Positions 9,720 through 17,580 of a stretch of DNA of 64,000 nt are shown in pieces. Below the pieces are notes generated by a model. The model had not been told where the DNA came from. It was given only the letters and a program-made list of their open reading frames with translations, and ran no database searches. Within the stretch, counting starts at the first letter, position 1. Every line of letters begins with the position of its first letter. The position numbers and the translations under genes were made by a program. This DNA comes from Flavobacteriales bacterium (lineage in GTDB: Bacteria; Bacteroidota; Bacteroidia; Flavobacteriales; Schleiferiaceae), in contig JAAXJR010000030.1 in assembly GCA_012269745.1 (NCBI GenBank), forward strand, positions 11,143 through 75,142, read 5' to 3'.

Positions 9720-11150
9720 ATGGGCAGAAGAAATAGACGCATACCGAACATTGAGCAAATGCAGCTCACCGATATTGGAAATAAAGGCAAAGCCGTGGGC
9801 CGTTACAACGAACGCGTTGTATTCGTAACAGGAGGTGTTCCTGGCGATGTAGTAGACGTTCAAGTCACCAAAAAGCGCCGCAATTACCTCGAAGGTAAAG
9901 TCATAAATGTCCATACCTACAGTCCAGACCGCGTGGAGGCAAAATGCCAATACTTCGGGGTATGTGGTGGCTGTAAGTGGCAGAACCTAGATTACTCCAA
10001 GCAGCTCGAGTACAAGGAGAAAGAGGTGCGTGAGAATTTGAGGAAAATTGGCCACGTCGTTCCTGAAGAGTTCCACCCTATTCTCGGCAGCAGACAGCAG
10101 TACATGTACCGCAATAAGCTTGAATTCAGCTTTACAGACAACAAATGGTTGACTCAAGAGCAGCTCGACAGCGGCGAGGAGTTTCCGGAGCGCAGAGGCG
10201 CCGGTTTCCATATCCCTGGGTTCTGGGACAAGGTGCTTGATATTGATGCCTGTCACTTGCAACCCGACCCAAGCAACGCCATTCGGAACTTTGTACGCGA
10301 TTGGGCCATTGAGCGCGACCTGCCCTTTTTCCACGCGCGCAGCCAAGAAGGTTGGCTGCGTACGATGATGATCCGTGTAGCGAGCACTGGTGAGGTATTG
10401 GTATTGATCCAATTCAAAACTGAACTCCAAGCAGAGCGCGAAGCCCTGTTGGCCGACTTAGATGCAGCCTTCCCTCAGATCACCACTTTGCAATACGTCA
10501 TCAACGAAAAGCAAAACGATACCATCTACGACCAAGAGGTCATCACTTACAGCGGGCCTGGATTCATTGAAGAAGCGATGCCGAAGTACAGCGGTGATGG
10601 GGAATTGCGATTTAAAATTGGTCCCAAAAGCTTCTACCAAACTAATCCACTTCAGGCGCACGAACTGTACAAAGTGGCCCTAGATATGGCCGATATCCAA
10701 AAGGACGATTTGGTCTTTGACCTCTACACGGGGACAGGAACCATCGCCCTATTTATGGCGGAAAAAGCGAAAGAAGTTGTTGGTATTGAATTGGTCCCAG
10801 AAGCCATAGTAGATGCCAAGCTAAATGCGGCAAATAATGGTATTGATAACGCGACATTCTACGACGGCGATATGAAGGATGTATTTAATGCCGATTTTAT
10901 CGCGAAGCACGGAAAGCCAAACGTCTTAGTGACTGACCCGCCGCGTGAAGGGATGCACGGCGATGTCGTTCAGCTGCTCCTCGATTTAGAGATTCCGAAA
11001 ATCGTTTATGTAAGCTGTAATTCAGCAACCCAGGCCAGAGACCTCGGTTTGCTTGCAGAGAAATACACCGTTATCCAAAGCCGTGCTGTCGACATGTTCC
11101 CACAGACACATCACATTGAAAACGTTGTTCAATTAGTCTTAAAGGCGTAA
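9720..11150 (+). CDS. rlmD: 23S rRNA (uracil-C5)-methyltransferase, RlmD/RumA type
   Basis: It has a TRAM-like N-terminus (GKAVGRYNERVVFVTGGVPGDVVDV), the 4Fe-4S Cys cluster CQYFGVCGGCKWQ, and the SAM motifs DLYTGTGTIAL and DPPREG. The start is ATG 9720, because the longer ORF would run through the upstream terminator. Confidence 0.85.
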   Translation: MGRRNRRIPNIEQMQLTDIGNKGKAVGRYNERVVFVTGGVPGDVVDVQVTKKRRNYLEGKVINVHTYSPDRVEAKCQYFGVCGGCKWQNLDYSKQLEYKEKEVRENLRKIGHVVPEEFHPILGSRQQYMYRNKLEFSFTDNKWLTQEQLDSGEEFPERRGAGFHIPGFWDKVLDIDACHLQPDPSNAIRNFVRDWAIERDLPFFHARSQEGWLRTMMIRVASTGEVLVLIQFKTELQAEREALLADLDAAFPQITTLQYVINEKQNDTIYDQEVITYSGPGFIEEAMPKYSGDGELRFKIGPKSFYQTNPLQAHELYKVALDMADIQKDDLVFDLYTGTGTIALFMAEKAKEVVGIELVPEAIVDAKLNAANNGIDNATFYDGDMKDVFNADFIAKHGKPNVLVTDPPREGMHGDVVQLLLDLEIPKIVYVSCNSATQARDLGLLAEKYTVIQSRAVDMFPQTHHIENVVQLVLKA

Positions 11151-11159
11151 TTTCATCGC

Positions 11160-11657
11160 ATGAGTTCGAATACACCAGAAATCTTAGGCGCAGAAGCCAT
11201 TGCACATAAAGTTCAACGCTTGGCTTGGGAGCTGTACGACAGACACAGCAAAGCAGATCAGTTGTATGTTGTGGGCATCCAAGGAAACGGCTATTGGCTC
11301 GCAAAGCAGCTAGTAGCGAAGCTGAATGCAATTAGCGATATTAATATTGAGCTGATGGAATTGGCCCTAGATAAGAGTGATCCGAACCCTGCAGATATGC
11401 AGATTGATCTTCCTTCCGGTGCGCACGTCGCCTTGGTAGACGATGTACTCAACAGCGGTCGCACCCTACTCTGGGCAGTGATCAAACTCATGGAATTCCA
11501 CCCGCAGCAGCTCAGTACTACAGTACTAGTTGACCGCAGCCACAAGCGTTATCCAGTGAAAGCTGATATCAAAGGTTTAAGCTTGAGCACTACGCTCCAA
11601 GAGACGGTAAAACTGAATGTAGAAAACGGGGCGGCTGTAAATGTTTGCCTAGTTTAA
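11160..11657 (+). CDS. phosphoribosyltransferase family protein (PyrR-like)
   Basis: It carries the PRPP-binding motif VALVDDVLNSGRTL and has the size and layout of PyrR/UPRT-like proteins. Confidence 0.65.
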   Translation: MSSNTPEILGAEAIAHKVQRLAWELYDRHSKADQLYVVGIQGNGYWLAKQLVAKLNAISDINIELMELALDKSDPNPADMQIDLPSGAHVALVDDVLNSGRTLLWAVIKLMEFHPQQLSTTVLVDRSHKRYPVKADIKGLSLSTTLQETVKLNVENGAAVNVCLV

Positions 11658-12140
11658 AACGGCTGTTAACTCTCCCACACTTATTGAAGATCCCGCGATG
11701 CGGTGTTTCGCCTGACTGTAGTACGGACGACGCTCGAACATGTGCTTAGCCACAAATTCTGCAAGATCCTCCTTATTTTGAATGAGCGGGCGTTTTATAT
11801 CTCCTTCCAATCGTTTGGCCAATTCTCCAACCGGAACATCCAAGAAAATGGTCTCCCCTTTTGCATTCAACAGGTCCATGTGATTGTAAAACACTGGAGT
11901 TCCTCCGCCGAGAGCAAATACGCCATGATCGTGCTCAGCAATAGTTTGCTTTAAAAGACGAGATTCAAGCTGACGAAACTTCAACTCTCCTTGATGTTCA
12001 ATAATCGAGGTAATGGAGGTAGAAGCTATACGTTCAATCTCCGTATCGAGATCAATGAAGGGGAATGTCAAGGCCTCGGCAAGAGCTTTGCCTAAGGTTG
12101 ATTTTCCACTGGCCATATACCCGATCAAAAAAACTTTCAT
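11649..12140 (-). CDS. aroK: shikimate kinase
   Basis: MKVFLIGYMASGKSTLGKALA (Walker A), then ..FIDLD.. and ..GGG.. The size is about 160 aa. Confidence 0.85.
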   Translation of the reverse strand: MKVFLIGYMASGKSTLGKALAEALTFPFIDLDTEIERIASTSITSIIEHQGELKFRQLESRLLKQTIAEHDHGVFALGGGTPVFYNHMDLLNAKGETIFLDVPVGELAKRLEGDIKRPLIQNKEDLAEFVAKHMFERRPYYSQAKHRIAGSSISVGELTAVLN

Positions 12141-12245
12141 GCCCATTGTTTGTTACAAAAGTACAGCGAATCAAGGAGTTAAAATCAACTCCGAAAAAGA
12201 TGTCGATTTTTTTTGGCAGCAGGTTGCAAAAATTAAAATCAGGCG

Positions 12246-12253
12246 TATATTTG
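12246..12253 (+). promoter_or_regulatory. Bacteroidota-type -7 box (TATATTTG) for tRNA-Lys
   Basis: It matches the TAnnTTTG consensus. A TTG lies 19 nt upstream (12224-12226), and the mature tRNA 5' end is 25 nt downstream. Confidence 0.5.
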
Positions 12254-12277
12254 CAGCCCGCAAAGCGGAAAAGGGTT

Positions 12278-12350
12278 GATCTCTTAGCTCAGTTGGTAGA
12301 GCAATACACTTTTAATGTATGGGTCCAGGGTTCGAGCCCCTGAGGGATCA
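12278..12350 (+). tRNA. tRNA-Lys (anticodon TTT)
   Basis: I folded the cloverleaf by hand. Acceptor GATCTCT/AGGGATC has one G-U pair. D arm is GCTC..GAGC. Anticodon stem is ATACA/TGTAT with loop CTTTTAA. T arm is CAGGG TTCGAGC CCCTG. No CCA is encoded. Confidence 0.9.
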
Positions 12351-12358
12351 CTTAGAAA

Positions 12359-12389
12359 GCCTCCTCTTCACAGAGGGGGCTTTTTTTTT
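12359..12389 (+). terminator. rho-independent terminator
   Basis: The hairpin GCCTCCTCT-tcac-AGAGGGGGC is followed by T9. Confidence 0.8.
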
Positions 12390-12420
12390 GCTCACCCGTA
12401 ACTATAATTGAAAGGTTTTT

Positions 12421-12747
12421 TTGGTCATTAATCTCGATTTCTATATTTGGTTAGTATTAACTACTTATCGAAGCGTGACTTTCAGACCGGACCAAGTTCA
12501 AATCATCACTAAAGGCGAGGATTACGCAGGGCATTACCACAGCTCTGGTATTCGTTTAGAGGTAGAACTGCGCTTTTCAGCGCAAGGCCGCGCACGCATT
12601 ATTGTGAGAAATCCCGATGAAGTCGTAGAAGACACGGAAATCAGACTTCCGACAACTGCCTCTTTACCGCTAAGGATTCAAGCAAATGCTTTGATTTTTA
12701 GCGCAGTAGAAAGACATGTCGAAAAAACATTGAACGGAGATAGTTAG
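12421..12747 (+). CDS. questionable hypothetical ORF between two tRNA genes
   Basis: The 108-codon ORF has no ATG anywhere, so only TTG 12421 or GTG 12475 could serve as starts. I recognise no motif. It is listed only because the 370-nt gap is otherwise unexplained. Confidence 0.25.
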   Translation: MVINLDFYIWLVLTTYRSVTFRPDQVQIITKGEDYAGHYHSSGIRLEVELRFSAQGRARIIVRNPDEVVEDTEIRLPTTASLPLRIQANALIFSAVERHVEKTLNGDS

Positions 12748-12762
12748 TCAAAGTTTTCCCAT

Positions 12763-12770
12763 TAAATTTG
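12763..12770 (+). promoter_or_regulatory. Bacteroidota-type -7 box (TAAATTTG) for tRNA-Leu
   Basis: It matches TAnnTTTG and lies 10 nt upstream of the tRNA 5' end. It would sit inside or just after the questionable ORF. Confidence 0.45.
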
Positions 12771-12779
12771 CAGTCCTTT

Positions 12780-12863
12780 GCCCAGGTGGTGGAATTGGTA
12801 GACACGCCATCTTGAGGGGGTGGTGCGAGTATTCGCGTGCAAGTTCGAATCTTGTTCTGGGCA
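12780..12863 (+). tRNA. tRNA-Leu (anticodon GAG)
   Basis: This is a class II tRNA. Acceptor is GCCCAGG/TCTGGGC. Anticodon stem is CCATC/GGTGG with loop TTGAGGG. It has a long variable arm (TGCGAGTATTCGCGT) and T arm GCAAG TTCGAAT CTTGT. Confidence 0.9.
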
Positions 12864-12870
12864 CAGAAAA

Positions 12871-12907
12871 AACCCTGACCTAATGTAGGTCGGGGTTTTC
12901 TTTTTTT
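12871..12907 (+). terminator. rho-independent terminator
   Basis: The hairpin AACCCTGACC-taatgta-GGTCGGGGTT is followed by a T-rich run. Confidence 0.8.
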
Positions 12908-12922
12908 ACCTTGTGGTCCCTT

Positions 12923-13819
12923 ATGAACGACCAACAACCCACCCCTAAAGAACAAGCCTCTTTTGCGCCTCCTAAGGCAATGACACGCATAGCTACGACC
13001 ACTCAATCTATTAGCACGAAGTGGGCAGCACGCATCGCCTGGCGTTGGTTTCTTACTCCTTACCCGTTTAAGATCCCAAAAAGAGAAGTTCCTTTTGAAA
13101 ACAGATTCGGTTCCCCGACGTTATTTACTCATGAAAACGGCAAAAGATTCCCTGTATATCAGCTAGGTTCCGGTCCAAAAAACATTTTGCTGATCCACGG
13201 CTGGGCGGGTAGGTTCACACAGTTTGGTGCCATCATTGAGCACTTAGAAAGTATTTACCCTGCACTCTTGGAAGAATATACCATCACTGGATTTAATGCT
13301 GTTGCGCATCGCGGAGCAGAAGGTAAGCGTACTCTTATGCCTGAAGTGGCCGCTTGTGTGAAACAAATTTCCGACCACCTAGGAGGAGTTGATCTAGCTA
13401 TCGCTCATTCCCTAGGAGCTAATGCAACCATGTACGCAGGGCAAAGCCTTGGCGCTGAAATAAAGAAGCAAATATTGATCGCTCCTCCAGGCCGCATTTC
13501 TGCAATGGTGGACATCTTCTGCTCCGTCATTGGGTTTAACAAGAAAGTACATACCCAGATTGTCAAGAACTTGAAAGCAAAGTTTGGTGAAGACTTCGAT
13601 TTGTTTAGTGCACCAGAATTGGCCCCGAGTAATAACATCCCTACACTTGTTTTTCATGATGTTCACGACAGAGACACCCCTATTGCTTTAGGACGAGAGG
13701 TGGGCAAAAAAATGGCCAACGGGACTTACATAGAAACTAGCGGCCTTGGACATCGAAGAATCTTGAGAGATAAAAAGGTGTTGGAGGAAATCGCGAATTG
13801 GGCTTTTAACATTTCATAA
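12923..13819 (+). CDS. alpha/beta hydrolase
   Basis: It has LLIHGWAGR (oxyanion region), AHSLGA (GxSxG-type nucleophile elbow) and a late FHDVHDRDTP / GLGHRRIL stretch. The start is ATG 12923. Confidence 0.7.
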   Translation: MNDQQPTPKEQASFAPPKAMTRIATTTQSISTKWAARIAWRWFLTPYPFKIPKREVPFENRFGSPTLFTHENGKRFPVYQLGSGPKNILLIHGWAGRFTQFGAIIEHLESIYPALLEEYTITGFNAVAHRGAEGKRTLMPEVAACVKQISDHLGGVDLAIAHSLGANATMYAGQSLGAEIKKQILIAPPGRISAMVDIFCSVIGFNKKVHTQIVKNLKAKFGEDFDLFSAPELAPSNNIPTLVFHDVHDRDTPIALGREVGKKMANGTYIETSGLGHRRILRDKKVLEEIANWAFNIS

Positions 13820-13855
13820 AGCAAACCTTGGAGCAGTAATTGCCGTTAATCTACC

Positions 13856-14344
13856 ATGAAGAACATTATCCTACTTAGCGCCTTATTATTCTTGACAGCA
13901 TCGTGTAATGCTCAAAACAAGACGGAAATGAACAAAGACAACGGAAACTACGAGATCTCTAAAAGTGAACAGGAGTGGCAAGAGCAACTTTCACCAGAGG
14001 AATACTATGTACTTCGCCAGAAAGGAACTGAACGTCCTTTTACCGGAGAGTACAATATGCACTTTGAAGAAGGCACCTACAACTGCCGCGCTTGTGATGC
14101 ACCTTTATTTACCTCCGATTCAAAATTTGATTCTCACTGTGGTTGGCCTTCATTCGACGCAGGTATTGAGAGTGGAGCTATCGTTGAAAAGCTCGATAAG
14201 ACTCACGGTATGATACGTACGGAAATACTCTGTGCCAAATGTGGCGGACACCTTGGTCACGTCTTTAATGACGGCCCTACTGCAACTGGATTGCGCTATT
14301 GCGTGAACAGTCTCAGCATTTCTTTCGACGAGGAGAAAAAATAA
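13856..14344 (+). CDS. msrB: peptide-methionine (R)-S-oxide reductase, with signal/lipoprotein leader
   Basis: Motifs LRQKGTERPFTGEY, CRACDAPLF, CGWPSF, CAKCGGHLGHVFNDGP and RYCVNS are present. Confidence 0.9.
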   Translation: MKNIILLSALLFLTASCNAQNKTEMNKDNGNYEISKSEQEWQEQLSPEEYYVLRQKGTERPFTGEYNMHFEEGTYNCRACDAPLFTSDSKFDSHCGWPSFDAGIESGAIVEKLDKTHGMIRTEILCAKCGGHLGHVFNDGPTATGLRYCVNSLSISFDEEKK

Positions 14345-14453
14345 TTGAGACTGAACTATTTGATTTCTAGCCACTAGTGAATTCAACGCTAAAAAAAATC
14401 AAATTTTCTGCGAAAAACTATCGCAAAGGCCTTGCAGATACTAAGAACGTGTC

Positions 14454-14461
14454 TATATTTG
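14454..14461 (+). promoter_or_regulatory. Bacteroidota-type -7 box (TATATTTG) for tRNA-Val
   Basis: It matches TAnnTTTG. A TTG lies 19 nt upstream (14432-14434), and the tRNA 5' end is 11 nt downstream. Confidence 0.5.
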
Positions 14462-14471
14462 CACCCGCTCA

Positions 14472-14546
14472 GGGCGATTAGCTCAGCTGGTTCAGAGCAC
14501 CTGCCTTACAAGCAGGGGGTCACTGGTTCGAATCCAGTATCGCCCA
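14472..14546 (+). tRNA. tRNA-Val (anticodon TAC)
   Basis: Acceptor is GGGCGAT/ATCGCCC. D arm is GCTC..GAGC. Anticodon stem is CCTGC/GCAGG with loop CTTACAA. T arm is ACTGG TTCGAAT CCAGT. Confidence 0.9.
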
Positions 14547-14560
14547 CAACCTGAAAAGTA

Positions 14561-14594
14561 AAAAAGCCATCTACTTTAGTAGATGGCTTTTTTT
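14561..14594. terminator. bidirectional hairpin terminator
   Basis: The structure is AAAAAGCCATCTAC-ttta-GTAGATGGCTTTTT, with an A-run on the left and a T-run on the right. It sits between tRNA-Val (+) and the convergent 398-aa gene (-). Confidence 0.8.
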
Positions 14595-14653
14595 ATTTTA
14601 CACCTCTCGGAGCACTCTCCACGCAATGACACCTTAAAGTGGCGAGCTCTGAT

Positions 14654-15850
14654 CTATTCAAAAATACTCTTAGACAGTTTAGGCTCTCCAGACTGCATTA
14701 TTCGATAGGTTTCTCCTACGCGAATGACCGTCCACTTTTTAATCTTAGGAATGAAGATAAACGGCTCAAAAGACTTATTAATCTTGCTAACCGTAATTCG
14801 TAGTTCCTCCTCAAATTGAAACTCATCTACAATCTTCGAAGCATCCTTTTGATTAAATCCTTCATTGGTATTCAAATCACTCAATAGTAATTGAAGAAAT
14901 TGCTGACGATGGTTAACAATAGTACTTTGCGAAATGCCTTCGGGGCTTGTTACTAGGAACTGATATAACACCCTCTGCTTAAGGCTGAGTGGTATATAAA
15001 TAGACAATTCCTGAATCTCTAGTTGAGCCTTTTGCTTGTTGAAAAACGGAACAAAATCAATATTTCGGTATGTCGCTTTTTGAAGGGCTATTAAATCCTT
15101 TTCTAACGACTCAATGCCTTTTAAATAGATACTAATGAAATACCTCATATCATGAGCTATTTTACTGGTATTTGAAGACCATTGATCAAGTAATCGACTT
15201 AATCGATCGGGATTGGTATCTCTAAGAACCATGGCGGGATGCATATTTAAATGATCCCTGATTTCTGTTTTGTTATCCTCAAGTAAAAATCGAAAAGGTG
15301 CCGTCCATAAAAATTTAGCCAAATGAATGTGCAGCTCATTTTGAACATTCAACAATGACGACAATTGAACAAAAAAGACATTCTTATATCTAGGAAGTTG
15401 CCCAGAATTAATCAATTCCAAATGGGGATTAGGGTTAAGGTACACCCCCAAGGTTTTACTTCTATCAAATTCAAAATCTGGACGATCCATCTCATACCAA
15501 TAATCCTCTGCTTCTTCTTGGAGCCAATCTTGAATCTTACCTATTCGCTTTTCAAAACTTTTCGAATCATCGATGTAATCAAAATTTGCATTGAACCCAC
15601 GGTCAGAAGAAAATGGTTCAAAGATTCCTTTGAAGAAGCTACTTTGTGAGATATACGATTTACCTGAGCTACTCTCTTCTATCTCTCCAAACCGGGGATC
15701 CTCTTCTGGAAATTCCACAAGAGTGTACTTGAATTTATCCGTTGACTTTGAACGAACTAACTCAATAGCACTATCTATCAGAGTACTTCTCTCCCGATAT
15801 TCAGGGACAAGAACTAATACGTCAACTAATGTTTTAGAATCTGCTTTCAC
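14654..15850 (-). CDS. hypothetical protein (398 aa), possible C-terminal winged-helix DNA-binding domain
   Basis: This long ORF has a GTG start and is AT-rich compared with its neighbours. The C-terminal about 100 aa loosely follow the OmpR/PhoB Trans_reg_C pattern (LSLKQRVLYQFLVTSPEGISQSTIV ... LRITVSKINKSF ... VIRVGETYRI). The N-terminal 280 aa are unrecognised. Confidence 0.6.
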   Translation of the reverse strand: MKADSKTLVDVLVLVPEYRERSTLIDSAIELVRSKSTDKFKYTLVEFPEEDPRFGEIEESSSGKSYISQSSFFKGIFEPFSSDRGFNANFDYIDDSKSFEKRIGKIQDWLQEEAEDYWYEMDRPDFEFDRSKTLGVYLNPNPHLELINSGQLPRYKNVFFVQLSSLLNVQNELHIHLAKFLWTAPFRFLLEDNKTEIRDHLNMHPAMVLRDTNPDRLSRLLDQWSSNTSKIAHDMRYFISIYLKGIESLEKDLIALQKATYRNIDFVPFFNKQKAQLEIQELSIYIPLSLKQRVLYQFLVTSPEGISQSTIVNHRQQFLQLLLSDLNTNEGFNQKDASKIVDEFQFEEELRITVSKINKSFEPFIFIPKIKKWTVIRVGETYRIMQSGEPKLSKSIFE

Positions 15851-15869
15851 TTTGCAGTTTTATATTCAC

Positions 15870-15877
15870 CAAATATA
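15870..15877 (-). promoter_or_regulatory. -7 box (TATATTTG on minus strand) for the 398-aa gene
   Basis: The reverse complement of CAAATATA is TATATTTG. It lies 20 nt upstream of the GTG start. Confidence 0.4.
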
Positions 15878-15989
15878 GAAACTAGAGCGAATTCAGTATT
15901 AAAATCTTATAGACATTGTCTATTTTCGGTGTCTTTATACTTATAACTTTTAAAAAAGTCTATCATTATTTTGAACCTTCTTGTTCGAG

Positions 15990-16630
15990 ATGAAATTGGC
16001 ATCAAATCTCACTAAGTGCCTTATCCTTTTCTATTTAAGTATGCGCGCATACTACCTACAACTACACTATTTGATTTCACACCGTCCTCTTCTCTAACAA
16101 GTTGGTATGTGGTAAACGACGGAGTCATGGGCGGCCTAAATGAAGGTGCACTTGAATTAACTTCAGAAGGTCACAGGTCTTTCACTGGCCAAGTACGGCT
16201 AGAAAACTATGGTGGATTTACCTCCATCCGATGCGCTACAGGCAAAATTGAAACGCCAGAAGGCGGAATCGTTCGAATGCGCGTAAAGAGCGACGGAAAA
16301 AATTATTAGTTCAGAGTGAAACATAAAGCTCGTGATTACCAGAGCTATATCACCACCTTCTCAACTTCAGGAGAATGGGAAACGATAGAGATTCCCTTGA
16401 GTAAATTGTATCCGTCTTTTCGAGGCCGTGTGCTTGATATGTCCAATTTCAATCATAGCAACCCCACTGAGTTCACCTTTTTGACAGCAAACAAAAAAGC
16501 CGAGACATTCGAATTACTCCTCAAAAATTGCCGTAGTACTCATCAGTTTACCGGTATGCGATTCCACTCCTTTAGCACCGCGGTACATACCTGCGCTGTT
16601 AAAGGTCCAAGTCGCACTCCCATCAGGTGA
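15990..16630 (+). pseudogene. CIA30 (complex I intermediate-associated protein 30-like) family gene, disrupted
   Basis: Two same-frame ORFs (16016-16309 and 16316-16630) together read LFDF..WYVVNDGVMGG..FTGQVRLENYGGFTSIR..SDGKNY*FRVKHK..WETIEIPLS, typical of CIA30. They are split by an in-frame TAG at 16307-16309. A signal-peptide-like start (ATG 15990, MKLASNLTKCLILFYLSM) lies in a different frame, which suggests an additional frameshift. Confidence 0.6.
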
Positions 16631-17533
16631 GATTCCTATCATACCACCGTTGCCCTCCTGAGCATTGAGTACATCAAAAATGGTGATGTAAGCAGCTTCA
16701 TCAAGAAGCTTCCCTCCCCATTTCATTCTAGCATTTATTTGAAAAGCAACGTTATTTCTAATGTAGTATTCGCCATGTCCAGTGCAGCTAACAGCAGCAC
16801 CTTCATTGTCTGCATAGGTACCGGCACCAATGATAGGTACATCTCCTACTCTGCCGTATTTCTTGCCCATCATTCCTCCTGTTGAAGTACCTGCATATAC
16901 GTTTCCTTCAGCATCTAAGACTACCACACCCACAGTACCGTTCTTTTTATTGGCTTCCCAACGTTCGTATTGTTCCTTACGGCGTGGAGTTAGGAAGTAC
17001 TCATTATCTACAAATTCGACCTTTTGAGTTTTTGCAAATTCCTCTGCTCCATCTGACATAAGTAAAACATGGGCTGTTGAATCCATAACTCGGCGAGCCA
17101 ATTGAGCCGGATTTTTTATGTGCTGTAACCCTGCTACCGCACCCGCTTGTAGACTTTTTCCATTCATGACGCTTGCATCTAGCTCGACGATTCCTTGGTC
17201 GTTAAATACAGCGCCTTTACCAGCGTTGAAATGCGGATCGTTTTCCAAGGCTGTTAAACAAGCCACAACGACATCCATACCATTACTTCCCTTGGCTAAT
17301 CCATCATAACCTAAAGTCAAAACCGCGTTCAAAGCTTCGTGATATTCCGCAGCCTTTTCTTCACTTAAATATTCCCGTTTAATGGTTCCTGCACCGCCGT
17401 GTATGAGTATTGCCGGACCTTCAAAATGAAAGTTGCGCTGTCCCTGAGCGTAGAGACCAGATACAAACAATACTGAAATGAATAAAAAGATGGGTTTTAG
17501 GTAGGAATTGGACCGGGAAAAATTTGAAGACAT
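16514..17533 (-). CDS. iaaA: isoaspartyl peptidase / L-asparaginase (Ntn hydrolase, plant-type)
   Basis: Motifs HGGAG, NAGKGAVF, GTVGVVVLD (autoprocessing Thr), TSTGG and GDVPIIGAGTYAD are present. It has a signal peptide. The start is ATG 17533. Confidence 0.85.
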   Translation of the reverse strand: MSSNFSRSNSYLKPIFLFISVLFVSGLYAQGQRNFHFEGPAILIHGGAGTIKREYLSEEKAAEYHEALNAVLTLGYDGLAKGSNGMDVVVACLTALENDPHFNAGKGAVFNDQGIVELDASVMNGKSLQAGAVAGLQHIKNPAQLARRVMDSTAHVLLMSDGAEEFAKTQKVEFVDNEYFLTPRRKEQYERWEANKKNGTVGVVVLDAEGNVYAGTSTGGMMGKKYGRVGDVPIIGAGTYADNEGAAVSCTGHGEYYIRNNVAFQINARMKWGGKLLDEAAYITIFDVLNAQEGNGGMIGISPDGSATWTFNSAGMYRGAKGVESHTGKLMSTTAIFEE

Positions 17534-17580
17534 CAACTGAAGTTTTTACGTTTACTATGAAACTCACCGAAAGATAAAAC

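Noticed and set aside
12698-13006. A 102-aa minus-strand ORF spans the tRNA-Leu gene and its terminator.
   Set aside because: It overlaps a confidently folded tRNA and a hairpin terminator. Its Arg/Gly/Cys-rich translation looks like noise.
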